Assembly (NCBI GenBank): GCA_951406725.2
Contig: OX597833.1
Span: 55,056,001 to 55,120,000 of the forward strand
Length of the DNA stretch: 64,000 bases
Source of the DNA: Octopus vulgaris
Lineage: Eukaryota
Direction: 5' to 3'
Shown: positions 13,273-25,450 of the stretch, one piece after another
Numbering within the stretch: the first letter of the stretch is position 1
How the letters are laid out: every line of letters starts with the position of its first letter
The notes under the pieces: model-generated
The model's input: only the letters and a program-made list of their open reading frames with translations
What the model was told of the DNA's origin: nothing
Database searches by the model: none
Made by a program: the position numbers and the translations under genes

Positions 13273-14009
13273 ACCTTATAGATAAAAAATATATTAAGCC
13301 TAGTTTTTAGCTCTTTCACTAGCAGACCCACAGACAGACTGGATGTGTGGGGTGGTTTGCATGGGAAAAAAATGAATGTTGGTTTTAGTGTTGTTGGAGC
13401 TGGAACAGAATGGTGTTAAATCCTTGATACATCTGTCTACAAACAGGACCTTAAAACTTTGCAGTCGCCCTTGCAATACAGTAATAGCTGTACTGCATTC
13501 AGTTTTATGAGGTACATTTTTATGAGCCACCAATACTGACTGGACCAGGATGGGACAGAGGACAGCATCAAAGGAAAATGCCCATTAAATGTATTAAATA
13601 TGTTACTGTTTTGCCCTCCCTTGCATTGGTAGTTTATGACATTATATGTTACTGCTACCCTCCTTACATTGGTAGTTTATGGTCCTGATGTTTTAATGTA
13701 GTTTTCTGACATCTGTAGTTTGTGAGGAAGAGAGAAATAAAGAACAATTTCATGAGAATATTTTTTGTTAGAAAAACAGGGGAGGGAGAAGAAATCTGTT
13801 AGGTTAGCAAAGTGGGTTAGTGTAGCCAGTAAAAAAAAACCCTGAGGTTTTCTTTTTTAACTTGATATACAATGATGCCTCACCATATCATGATTCACCT
13901 GTCGCAGACGGCGATTCCTCTGTGGTTTTGTTTTGTATTTATAATAAAATAAATATATATACAAGTTAAAAAAATAATTAAAAAAAATATACAGTACACA
14001 TGAAAACAT

Positions 14010-14172
14010 AGGCGTAGGAGTGGCTGTGTGGTAAGAAGCTTGCTTACGAACCACATGGTTCCGGGTTCAGTCCCACTGCGTGGCACCTTGGGCAAGTGTC
14101 TTCTACTATAGCCTCGGGCCGACCAAAGCCCTGTGAGTGGATTTGGTGGACGGAAACTGAAAGAAGCCCATC

Positions 14173-14214
<42 letters not shown>

Positions 14215-14440
14215 TTTTTTTTGTATGTGTATATGTTTGTGTGTCTGTGTTTGTCCCCCCAACGTCGCTTGGCAACCGATGGTGGTGTGTTTACGTCCCC
14301 GTAACTTAGCGGTTCGGCAAAAGAGACCGATAGAATAAGTACTAGGCTTACAAAGAATAAGTCCTGGGGTCGATTTGCTCGACTAAAAGGTGGTGCTCCA
14401 GCATGGCCACAGTCAAATGACTGAAACGAGTAAAAGAGAG
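14010..14440 (+). mobile_element. SINE family A, full length
   Basis: A-box tggctgtgtggtaag, B-box ggttcagtcc, internal (TA)n, tail gtaaaagagag. Confidence 0.92.
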
Positions 14441-15169
14441 TACAGTATTGTTTCTACCTTCATGGATTTTTCATCTATCACAGTGGGGCTGGAGGTGAAA
14501 CATAACCCCCACGGTAGTCAAGGAATTACTGTATCTAGAATACTGGTATTTTTTTGATTTCTAGAAATCAATTATATACATCATTATCATCCTCTTATCA
14601 TCATCATCATCATTGCTGTGTTCATCATCTATATCATCTATACCTATATTCCCACTACCGACGCCACCACCACCACCATCACCACCATCATCACCATCAT
14701 CATCATCATCATCAATATTTTTCTCATTGCTCTTATCGTTAACATTTTCAACTTCATGTTCTGAATATATATTAATATTTAAAAAAATTAAAATTTTCTC
14801 ACTTAATTTTCGTCAGTGTTCTTTCTCGTTAGATTGGAGAGATATACAGAGAAATTAATTTTGACTCTTTCGCTGAAAATTGATTAAAATGTCTAAGTAC
14901 TGTCACCATCATCAAACAGCCAATTGCCATGCTTTCCATGTGTGATTAAAATATTCCGTTTGCTACCAGCCATGTAGTTTAGATTTTGGCCCTACTGTGT
15001 GTCAACTTGGGCGAGTGTCTTCTGCTATAACCTCAGGGTTGACCAGTACCTTGTGAGTGAAATTGATTGGTGAAAACTATGCAGAAGCCTGTTGTGTGTT
15101 TGGGTATGTGGTGTATTGCTGTGCTCAAGAAGTCTTGTTCACCACAACAAAATTGAGATCCTCAAACCA

Positions 15170-15810
15170 AGATCATTCATCATTATCTAACGTCCGCTTT
15201 CCATGCTAGCATGGATTGGATGATTTGACTGAGGACTGGTGAACCAGATGGCTGCACCAGGCTCCGATCTGATTTAGCAGAGTTTCTACAGCTGGATACC
15301 CTTCCTAATGCTAACCACTCCGAGAGTGTAGTGGGTGCTTTTTACGTGCCACCGGCACGAGGGCCAGTCAGGCGGAACTGGCAACGGCCACTCTCAAATG
15401 GTGCTTTTTATGTGCCACCTGCACAGGAGCCAGTCCAGTGGCACTGGCAACGACCGCACTTGAATGTTTTTTCATGTGCCACCAGCACAAGTGCTAGTAA
15501 GGTGACGCAGGTAATGGTCACGCTTGAATGGTGTTTTTAATGTGCCATCAGCATGGAAGCCATCTTGTTGCTCTGGCAACGATCCCACTTGTATATGGTA
15601 CTCTTAGCACTCCATGGATAAAAGCATGAGTGTGGGTGCTGGTGCCACTTAAAAAGCATCCAGTACACTCTGTAAAGAGACTGGTGTTAGGAAGGGTGTC
15701 CAGCTATAGAAATCAAGCCAAAACACAATTATGGAACCTAGTGCGGCCCGTGGCCTTGCCAATTCTTGTCAAGCCAACAAACACATGCCAGAATAGAAAA
15801 CGGACATTAA
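15170..15810. mobile_element. RTE-5'-related short element family E (aggaagggcatccagctgtagaaa core, (GAT)n tail); two opposed copies with internal ~65-bp subrepeats
   Basis: Homologous to 23010-23226 (+), 16240-16343, 35730-35900 and 61900-62045. Subrepeats tgcttttt.tgtgccacc.gcac occur at 15337-15600. Confidence 0.65.
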
Positions 15811-15976
15811 ATGGTGGTGGTGGTGGTGGTGGTGGTGGTGGTGGTGGTGGTGGTGGTGGTGGTGGTGGTGGTGGTGGTGGTGGTGGGTGATGCTGCATGC
15901 ACATGCATGGGCCTGCATAAATGTTTATAAACCTGTGCAGAAGCCTGTTGTTTGTTTGGGTATGTGGTGTATTGCT

Positions 15977-16178
15977 CGTTAGCACGCCGGGCGAAATGCT
16001 TAGCAGTATTTCGTCTGTGGTTACGTTCTGAGTTCAAATTCCGCCGAGGTCGACTTTGCCTTTCATCCTTTTGGGGGTCGATTAAATAAGTACCAGTTAT
16101 GCACTGGGGTCGATATAATCGACGACTTAATCCATTTGTCCCCTCTGTGTTTAGCCCCTTGTGGGTAATAAAGAAAGA
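15977..16178 (+). mobile_element. 5'-truncated SINE family B with 8-bp TSD
   Basis: TSD gtattgct at 15969-15976 and 16179-16186. Confidence 0.9.
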
Positions 16179-16880
16179 GTATTGCTTACTCAAGAAGACT
16201 TGTTCACCACAACAGAATTGAGATCCTGAAACCAAGATCATCATCATCATCGTTTAACGTCCGCTTTCCATGCTAGCATGGGTTGGACAATTTGACTGAG
16301 GACTGGCAAACCAGATGGCTGCACCAGGCTCCAATCTGATCTAAATATTAGGTCTCATATGCTCAGCAAAAACCTTTCCTGGTAGTGTCTGGGGATGCCC
16401 GTAGTCCAGTGACTGAAAAGAAATTTTTTATTCTTTTCATTTATTGGACTGAAAAAGTATTTAAAAAAAACAATATATGAAAGAAAAGATATGGCTTTAA
16501 AAAAAATAATCTTGGAATGAATTTTTTTTTTTTTCTCTTTCATCGTCCATTAGAAGTTATTTAATACAGTTTTGAGTTAACAAGCGATTGGTAGTATTTT
16601 AACTGATATATATATATATTAAAAATACAATTTTAAAAAAACTCCACAAAAAAATCAAAATTATTTTCAACCCTCCTTTTGTCTTCCAATCCAATCCTTT
16701 TCTTTTCTTCTGTCCACCATCCTCAAATTTTGCTACTGTAGATTTCTCCTGTTTCAACCAATACAGAGAGAGAGAGAGAGACCAAGTAAGAGTATAAAAT
16801 ACCAAAAAACAATTATAAATTACTTCCAGCTGTCTTGTTTGTTTATTCTATCCTTCTTGTTGTTATTGTTGTTGTTCTTC

Positions 16881-16938
<58 letters not shown>

Positions 16939-17492
16939 CATTTATCCTTTATCCTTTATCCTGCTGGTCCCTTCTCTCTTTCATCTCCTTTCATCACCAT
17001 GTCTTATTCCGAAACCCACCCCATATTTTTCTAATGCAGATAATTCTTATTTACTTAATTTGTTCAGATGGTTGGCCGAGACAGTTGACACACTGCTCTG
17101 CCCTCACAATATCTTCCTCATTCTATCAGGCAAAAACCAGCGGTGATGGTGATGGTGATGGTGATGGTGGTGGGGGAGATTTTTTATCAAACAAGTTAAA
17201 TGAATGCCTGGAAGGAATTAATTGAATTAGCCCCTAAGATTGTGGCACATCCAGACTACCAGGGAGCCAGCTGTTGGCAGTTCAACAGGATTAATAATGA
17301 TTTTTTTTTTCATGTTGTATAAGTAATGGGCTAAATAATAAGGCTGATCTAATTGACAGTTGACCCTATATCTAGAACCTTGAAAAAAAATTAAACGCTG
17401 GGGCGGCTGTGTGGTAAGGAGCTTGATTCCAAACCACATGGTTCTGAGTTCAGTCCTGCTGTGTGACACTTTGAGCAAGTGTCTTCTACTAT

Positions 17493-17890
17493 ACTCTTTA
17501 CTCTTTTACTCTTTTACTTGTTTCAGACATTTGACTGTGGCCATGCTGGAGCACTGCCTTTAGTCGAGCAAATCGACCCCAGGACTTATTCTTTGTAAGC
17601 CCAGTACTTATTCTATCGGTCTCTTTTGCCGAACTGCTAAGTGACGGGGACTTAAACACACCAGCATCGGTTGTCAAGCAATGCTAGGGGGACAAACACA
17701 GACACACAAGCACACACACATATATATATATATATATACATATATACGACAGGCTTCTTTCAGTTTCCGTCTACCAAATCCACTCACAAGGCATTGGTCG
17801 GCCCGGGGCTATAGTAGAAAGCACTTGCCCAAGATGCCACGCAGTGGGACTGAACCCGGAACCATGTGGTTGGTTAGCAAGCTACTTACC
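17493..17890 (-). mobile_element. SINE family A, full length
   Basis: Matches the family A consensus; (CTTTTA)n tail on the left. Confidence 0.92.
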
Positions 17891-18023
17891 ACACAGCCAC
17901 TCCTGCGCCTATAGTCAGTTTCTTTATTAACCATGAGGTTGAGAAAAAGAGGGGACGATACAAGGACAGACAAAACAAACATTGGGGTCAGGGTATCGAA
18001 TGAGACGAAACGTATGAATAAAC

Positions 18024-18242
18024 CAGTGCTTTTCAACCTTTTTGCTGGAGCAGAACCCCAAGGAATCATTCCACTGGCTCGAGGAACCCCTGTGCAATAA
18101 TTTAATAGCCTTATGCACACATATCTGCACAGGAGAATTAAAAATTACTGCCGATTTTAGCAGTTTTGTAACTTCTTGCAGAACCCCTGGACTGTACTGG
18201 CGGAACCATAAGGTTCCGTGGAACCCTGGTTGAAAACCACTG
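18024..18242. mobile_element. hAT-superfamily MITE
   Basis: TIRs cagtgcttttcaacc / ggttgaaaaccactg; perfect 8-bp TSD gaataaac at 18016-18023 and 18243-18250. Confidence 0.88.
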
Positions 18243-18746
18243 GAATAAACAAACAATTAAAATATATACAATTAAATGAGAATGAGTGATTTACAAAAAA
18301 TGAGGCGGAGGACGTGTCTTGGGCCAACAAATGCCCTGGTGAGAGGATTTAGTAGAGGGAAACTGAAAGAAACTTGTCATACATATTATATGTATGTGTG
18401 TGTGTCTTTATGTCTGCATTTGTCCCCCAACACTGATTGATGACTGGTGATGATGTGTTTACATCTCCATAGCTTTGCAGTTCAGCAAAAGAGACTGATA
18501 GAATAAATACCAGTCTTCAAAATAAGTAATGGGATCAATTAGTCCAATAATAATTCCTTAGGGCAGTGCCCCAGCATAGCTGCAGTCTAATGACTGCAAT
18601 GAATAAAGAAAGAAAGAAACAAACAAACAAACAAAAGAAGGATGAGAGGGAAGAAGGAAGAAAGGAAGGATCTATTTTATTTAGTAGGGTCTTACATATG
18701 TAGTAAGTTTGTAAGCTTCAATCCATTAAGATTATAAAGGGAGGGC

Positions 18747-18813
18747 AGTGAGCAATCCTCTTTGGGACATGATTTCAGCCTTATTTGACCTCATCAGTGA
18801 AGGATTGTTCACT
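18747..18813 (-). ncRNA. Degenerate type I hammerhead ribozyme motif
   Basis: Minus strand: agtgaacaatcct-tca-CTGATGA-ggtc aaataa ggct-GAAA-tcat-GTC-ccaaag-aggattgctcact. 12 of 13 outer-helix pairs form, but proximal stem I and stem III are imperfect. Confidence 0.5.
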
Positions 18814-19070
18814 TACAGCTGCCGATGTTTATATTAATCCGTTGACATTCAGGTTATTCTGTCTAATGTAATCCTTATTTATTTACATTGTTTAGAATTA
18901 CTGATGCATTATCCTTTTGCATTGAGATTTCAATGATGTGCTTGTTTAATTTTAGTATGACATCATAGGGTAGGTGTTAGAGGCTGAATTTGGCCAGTTT
19001 GAACATGAAACAAGAATAATATTTGGGCCGGGTTAATTTGGCTGGTTTAGATGCTAAAGGGTTTATCTAT

Positions 19071-19390
19071 TAGGTTGTCCGGAAAGTTGGTGCCAATTTT
19101 TAAAGGAAAGAAAAAGGTCAATAAATACTTGCCATTACATTTTTAATCAACCAAATATGAACCATTTTGTTGCACAATGCGTCTCCATCTTTCCTTTAAA
19201 TTGAAAATACCCTCTGCCCAGAATTGAGGTGGTTTCATGGCAAAGAATTCATCAAGGTTATCTTTTTACGTCATCCAAGGAATTGAAATTTTTACCATTC
19301 AGACTATTCTGCAGAGACCTGAATAAGTGGAATAAGACCTGAATAAGTGGATGTCTGAAGGAGCAATATCTGGTGAATATGGAGGATGGG
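19071..19390 (-). pseudogene. Mariner (Tc1/mariner) transposase 3' relic with right TIR
   Basis: Minus strand reads HPPYSPDIAPSD.HLFRS..LQNSLNGKNFNSLDDVK..LDEFFAMKPPQFWAEGIFNLKERWRRIVQQNGSYLVD*. The YSPDLAP motif is present; TIR ttaggttgtccggaaagtt next to TA. Confidence 0.9.
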
Positions 19391-19800
19391 CTACTCTAAC
19401 TGGGCCCCCACCTGCAAGGTCATCTGCTGTTTATCTTGATATGAGATCACCATGTCGCCAACATATGGTTGTGATGCATGTGCCTGGTATACCCTTTTCA
19501 GACGGGTAGTCATGATGGGTATACTGGGCTCCGGTGAGCTGGCAGACACGTTAGTGCCCCAGGCGGAATGCTTCACGGTATTTCGTCTGTCATTACGTTC
19601 TGAGTTCAAATTCCACCGAGGTCGACTTTTCCTTTCATCCTTTCGGGGTCGATAAATAAAAGTACCAGTCTCGCACTGGGGTCGATGTAATCGACTTAAT
19701 CCCTTTGTTTGTCCTCTCTATGTTTAGCCCCTTGTGGGCAATAAAGAAATATATATTTTACCCCAGTGTCACTTTGATGGCATGCACTATCCTCTCACTC
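19391..19800 (-). mobile_element. Unclassified interspersed repeat family F, interrupted by a SINE B at 19532-19750
   Basis: Homologous to 48578-49127 (+) and 1560-1610. Confidence 0.65.
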
Positions 19801-19832
<32 letters not shown>

Positions 19833-19961
19833 TAATAATAATCATAAGGATGAATAGTGATGGTGCTATGTGTTTTGATCATAGGATTGCTCAATATGAA
19901 ATGACCTAGGGTTAAACAACAGCAACAAACATTTCTATTAATACTGCAAATAACAATGATT

Positions 19962-19997
<36 letters not shown>

Positions 19998-20160
19998 TTA
20001 ATAAGAAACCTTCAACATTTTATTAATGAAAAATAATTTTTTTCTTCTCATTATTACAAATTTCCGAGGTGTAATTTAATTGCTTTGAAATTGTCTCTTC
20101 ATTTCTCAAAATTGAGTTTTTCTTCTTCTCACTGAAACCGGTTGCCCACTTTCTCTTCTC

Positions 20161-20257
20161 TCACATTGTAGCAGCACCGTCTTCACCGTTCTGGGGCCCT
20201 TGACATCGTGGTTGTCTTAGAACTGTGACTTGAAAAGAATACTTGCGATTTCCAATT
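20161..20257 (-). CDS. Possible terminal coding exon
   Basis: Acceptor aatttcacAG, frame IGNRKYSFQVTVLRQPRCQGPQNGEDGAATM*, and AATAAA ~140 nt downstream (20019-20024). A strong + strand acceptor at 20171 makes the orientation ambiguous. Confidence 0.28.
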
Positions 20258-20487
20258 CTGTGAAATTAATTAATTCTTCCAAGTTTATGAAATTAAAATT
20301 TCTCAACAATGTGATCCTATTTTGACAGCAATTAAATATTCTTTTAAATTAAGATGTATACATGTGCATTTGTGTGTGTGTGTGTGTGTGTGTATGCATC
20401 ACGGGTATGTGTGTGCATCATGAGTATATTTATGTGTGTGTGCATTATGAGTATGTTTTGTGTGCATGCGTATGTACAAGATTATTC

Positions 20488-20920
20488 TTTTACTCTTTTA
20501 CTTGTTTCAGTCATTTGACTGCGGCCATGCTGGAGCACCGCCTTTAGTCGAGCAAATTGACCCCAGTACTTATTCTTTGTAAGCCTAGTACTTATTCTAT
20601 GGGTCCCTTTTGCCGAGCTGCTAAGTTACGGGGACGTAAACACACCAGCATCGGTTGTCAAGCAATGCTAGAGGGACAAACAGAGACACACAATCATACA
20701 CACACACACACACACACACAAACATATGCATATATATATATATATATACATATATACGACAAGCTTCTTTCAGTTTCTGTCTACCAGATCCACTCATAAG
20801 GCCTTGGTCGACCCAAGGCTATAGTAGAAGACACTTGCCCAAGGTGCCACGCAGTGGGACTGAAGCCGGAACTATGTGGTTCATAAGCAAGCTACTTACC
20901 ACACAGCCACTCCTATGCCT
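20488..20920 (-). mobile_element. SINE family A, full length
   Basis: Family A consensus. Confidence 0.92.
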
Positions 20921-20967
20921 ACATATATGTATACATCCATATGTATACACACACACACACACACACA

Positions 20968-21128
20968 CCAAGGCATTTACTGCAAAGGTAATGGAATCAG
21001 TAACATCAGTGAGTTACTAAAACACTTCCAATTTGCAAACAACATCTTACTTTTTGTCGACATATTAAATTCACTGACAGAGTTGGGTACTTTGAGTTAG
21101 CAGTTTAGCAACAGGGCTGAAATTAACC
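20968..21128 (+). pseudogene. Old RTE-clade LINE reverse-transcriptase fragment
   Basis: PKAFTA...GISNISELLKHFQFANNILLF is a decayed SPKLF / HLRFADDIVL RT motif, followed by GLKIN. Confidence 0.55.
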
Positions 21129-21267
21129 TTTAGCTCACTGTATGAGCTTTCACCATATGAATTTTCTCCCCTGTAGTAACAGGGCAGTGACAGGGGAAAC
21201 AGTTCTAGTGAAAATGCTGTGCGCTAAAGGTTAAACATGTAGATAAATTTGTTATTATTTATTTATA

Positions 21268-21570
21268 CGCCCTTTTCAAGCTTAGCCAGGCTCATGGACC
21301 CAGTTTCCCGGTTTCTGTGGCATATGTGTTCCCCCCCCCCCCCAGCTGGACAGGACTTCAGTCCATCGCAGCATTACCCAAGAAACAGGAAGAGAGAGTG
21401 AGAGAAAGTTGGGGTGAGCAAGTACAACAGGGGTGCCCCCTCCTGCCGGAGCCTCGTGGAGCTTTAGGTGTTTTCGCTCAATAAACACACACAACACCCA
21501 GTCTGGGAATCGAAACCGCGATCCTATGACCGTGAATCCGCTGCCCTAACCACTGGGCCATTGCACCTCC
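21268..21570 (-). mobile_element. tRNA-derived SINE family C
   Basis: Head homologous to 32868 (ggaggcgcaatggcccagtggttagggcagcgg...gtttcgattccc); the 3' part differs. Confidence 0.8.
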
Positions 21571-22329
21571 AGATAAATTTATACAGTATGAAAATGTAGC
21601 ACAAGCTGAATAGAGGAGGGAAGTATTGAGAGAGGATGTGAAAGAGTAATATATATATATACATGCCAAGACATGAGTGTTGAAATTTCGTGCCGAGTAA
21701 GAGCCAGATGGAAGACATTTGCTTTGATTAACCCTTTAGCGTTTAGATGACTCTGTCAAATGTAAAGGGTAAAAAAAGAGTAAAGACCTTCTTCGGTCAT
21801 GAAAGGGTAAAAAAGAGTAAAGACCTCCTTCAGTCATGAATGAAAGTTGAGATTGTATCTAGAAAATTACCATCCGAGGCACAAATCTGCACAAGGCTGT
21901 TTATTGAAGACCAGCAGTCACCCATTCATACCAGGCTCCCCTCTATATGTCATTGATGTTATCGAAGAGAAAGGGAAAGGCCAATACAGCCTGGCACCAG
22001 TGACATCAGAATTCATTTCTACAGCTGAGTGAACTGGAGCAATGTGAAATTAAAGTGTCTTGCTCAAGAACACAACACACAACCCAGTCTGGGAATCAAA
22101 CTCACTACCTCATGATAGTGAGTCTGACACTCTAACCACTGAGCTACAAGCCTGTGTAATATAATGCTTATTTATTCACAGTTTTGAATTAATCAGGCAT
22201 TATATTGTAGCTTCAAGATTTTGATTACATGATTTGTTTTGTTTTTAGAATGGCCTTGTAGGATTGGTGTCAGGTCTGGCTGGTTTGGATATGAAACAAT
22301 GTAGAATATTTGGGATTGGTATGACTGGA

Positions 22330-22553
22330 TTAACCCTTTAGTATTTAAACCAGCCATATCCGGCCAAAATAGTTAATCTGTTTTATGTTCAAACTGACCA
22401 GATCCAGGCTCTCACACCTACCCTACAATGTTATTCTACATTAAGTAATTACACCATCAAGATCTTGAAGATATGAGATAATGCATGATTAATTCAAATT
22501 AATGGGAATCAATAGGCATTATGTTTGATTGAATAATCTGAACACTAAAGGGC
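22330..22553. mobile_element. piggyBac-type MITE family P2
   Basis: ttaaccctttag...aacactaaaggg; nearly identical to 2800-3015. Confidence 0.85.
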
Positions 22554-22574
22554 TACAGATGTGCTCTAAGTCCA

Positions 22575-22885
22575 GCTTAACAAAGACCCAATGTACCAAT
22601 CTCTTCAGTGGCACTGTCCTATCTTTACTCTTATATGCTAGTGAAATATGGACTGCTACGAAGAAGGAAGAACAGCAATAGGTTACAGTAGTGATGGCCA
22701 TGGAGAGATCCATGCTAGAAATATTACTGTGGGAATATATCTCAAGAACGGAGTGGAGCGAATGAAGTGACTGCTGAATCCTGAAATCAAGCTCTGCTGG
22801 GCTGGACCTTGTCACAAGGTTCACAGACAAGAGGTGGAGGAGTGAAGTTGTTGTGTAGTTGTTAGTGGTATCCAAGAGACCATTC
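22575..22885 (+). pseudogene. Old RTE-clade LINE ORF fragment (thumb/C-terminal region)
   Basis: NLFSGTVLSLLLYASEIWTATKKEEQQ*VTVVMAMERSML ... KLCWAG(H)VTRFTDKRW..(W)YPRD, typical RTE LYGxETW / WAGHVxR / WxPR motifs, with stops and frameshifts. Confidence 0.75.
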
Positions 22886-23701
22886 AGAAGACTCTCTCTA
22901 TGTAAAGGGAAAATATAGCCAAACAATTCAGGCCCCCAACAGGTTAACCTTTTAGTATTCAGATTACCCTATCAAATGTAATTTTTTATTTTATTTATAT
23001 GGTTTCATTGCCAGTACTGCTTGACTGGCCCCGTGCCGGTGGCACGTAAAAAGCACCCACTACACTCTCGGAGTGGTCGGAATTAGGAAGGGCATCGAGC
23101 TGTAGAAACTCTGCCAGATCAAGATTGGAGCCTGGTGCAGCCATCTGGTTCGCCAGCCCTCAGTCAAAATCGTCCAACTCATGCTAGCATGGGAAGCGGA
23201 TGTTAAATGATGATGATGATGATGATGGCTTTGAATTATCCATGCATTTTCTCATAGCTGTAAGATTTTCATGATACGACCCTTTATTTCAGGAACGATA
23301 TTGCAGGCTCAGTGTAAGAGGTTGAATCTAGCTGGTTTAAACACAAAGGAAGTAGAATATTTAGGCCAAATATGGCCAGTTTGAATGCTAAATGGTTAAT
23401 GGAAATGTTCTGGTGGATAGGGGTATCTATGAAACAAGCTTTCTCTTCCCCACTTTGTGAACTATAATTGCTTCCACAATCATTCTTAATTTAAATGTAG
23501 TTTCTTTTTCCTTTTTCGTTTTCTTTTCTTTTTTTTTTCTATTTTAGTCTCTTTCAATGAGGGTGGAATGATAAAATGGACAAGATATTGCCCTGGCTTG
23601 TTGCTTAATAGTTTCACTCCTTCTGTGTTTATTTTCATGCATTCCACTCGCCAAGGTGAATTAGATCCTAGAATTTTCTGGACAGTAAATTTTCTGGACA
23701 T

Positions 23702-24121
23702 AGGCACAGGAGTGGCTGTGTGGTAAGTAGCTCGCTTACCAACCACATGGTTCCAGGTTCAGTCCCACTCCGTGGCATCTTGGGCAAGTGTCTTCTACTA
23801 TAGCCTCGGGCCGACCAAAGCCTTGTGAGTGGATTTGGTTGACGGAAACTGAAAGAAGCCTGTTGTATATATGTATATATACATGTATATATGTATATAT
23901 ATATGTGTGTGTGTGTGTTTGTGTGTCTGTGTTTGTCCCCCTAGCATTGCTTGACAACCAATGCCGGTGTGTTTATGTCCCCGTCACTTAGCGGTTCGGC
24001 AAAAGAGACCGATAGAATAAGTACTGGGCTTGCAAAGAATAAGTCCCGGGGTCGAGTTGCTCGACTAAAGGCGGTGCTCCAGCATGGCCGCAGTCAAATG
24101 ACTGAAACAAGTAAAAGAGAG
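23702..24121 (+). mobile_element. SINE family A, full length
   Basis: Family A consensus. Confidence 0.92.
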
Positions 24122-24494
24122 TAACCTGTCATAATAAGAGTACTGTTTTGTCGAAGGCGAGGTTAATGCGGCATTGTATTCAGTGCCATGGAAACCTGAA
24201 GTGACCCTTGTAGGTAGATGTCTCTGAATGTGATTGACGGAATTGCTAATGTTCCCGGTGTGAGCTTCAAACACGAAAATATCTTTTGTTATAATTTGAC
24301 AAGGTTACACAAAAATTGTGCTAATGAGTCTGTATAGAGTATTAGCATAATTGAATCAGTGACTGGCTTCGTTAGCGAGTCGAGAAACACGACTGGCTGA
24401 ATCAGTGATGATGATGCTGATGATGATGAGGATGTAGATTATGATAGGAAGAGAAAAAAAATGCTGCTGCTATTACTTTCACTACTAGTATAAC

Positions 24495-24526
<32 letters not shown>

Positions 24527-24969
24527 TTGTTTTAATTACTCACAAGACCATCGATTTATAGCAGCTATAAAATTAGATTGTGCAAAATTTCATACCTTTT
24601 TAAATAGCACTTTGAAGGCTTAAGAACAGTGAAGAATTAAGAACAAAGGATGAAGACCTAGTCTTAGAGCAAATTTAGCAAAACGTTGAAGCCAGTTTTT
24701 GTAAGAGGAAAGAATATTGTTCATTCAATCAGCATTTGATCCTGTGAATTACTGGGCTGAGCCAGTTATTCAACAAGAGATTTACAACCTGCTACAAATA
24801 TCTGCCAACTCACACCAAAAAATTAGAGGACACACTGGATTGTGTAATCATAGATACACTATGCCAGAAAGAAAGATGGTATGTTCCATGGTGGAATTTA
24901 GATAATAGGTTCTCCTTGGTTGGGGCTGACCAGGGACTAAGTCGGCCTTGGTGGTATTTAAAAATATAT

Positions 24970-25450
24970 ATACCTTAAGGGCACAGAAAGTGTGCCTAAA
25001 GCCAGCTTGGAGGAGATGTTCTCTTGGGGCTACAAGCTACAGTAACACCCACCCTTAGTGGTTAGCCGTATTGAGATGGCAAATATACCTCATATTGTCG
25101 TGCAGTTACTGTTTATACCTCGTTCAGAGATGTATTATTGCTTGCATGCAGTTTTTCGAGATCAGTGACGAAAAGTTACTGGAAAAACGTTATAAGGATT
25201 TGCATTGGGACCCCTTTCATTGTAAACTGGTGATTGTCGTACGCTGATGACGGGTCAATACCCAGAAACTGCAGTCCGCACGTATCACTTAGGTTGACGA
25301 GGGAAGGATGACCTCCCTTTGCAAATACCTTAAGGGCACAGAAAGTGTGCCTAAAGCCAGCTGGAGGAGATGCTCTCCTGGGGCTACTAGCTACAGTAAC
25401 ACCCACCCTTAGTGGTTAGCCATATTGAGATGGCAAATATACCTCACATT
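24970..25450 (+). mobile_element. Hammerhead-containing partial-tandem element (355-bp unit, ~1.35 copies); Penelope pseudo-LTR / non-LTR retrozyme-like
   Basis: ~126-bp direct repeats at 24970-25096 and 25325-25450 flank a unique core containing a type I hammerhead. Possible TSD aaaaatat at 24960-24967 and 25455-25462. Confidence 0.72.
25230..25288 (+). ncRNA. Minimal type I hammerhead ribozyme
   Basis: gtgat-tgt-cgtacg-CTGATGA-c gggt caat accc a-GAAA-c tgca-GTC-cgcacg-t-atcac. Intact core, 4-bp stem II, palindromic stem III (ACTGCAGT), GUC cleavage triplet at 25274-25276, bipartite stem I. Confidence 0.8.

Noticed and set aside
13871-13925. C/D snoRNA or 21-nt micro-exon
   Set aside because: Imperfect C box with no D box, and the putative minus-strand acceptor lacks a pyrimidine tract.
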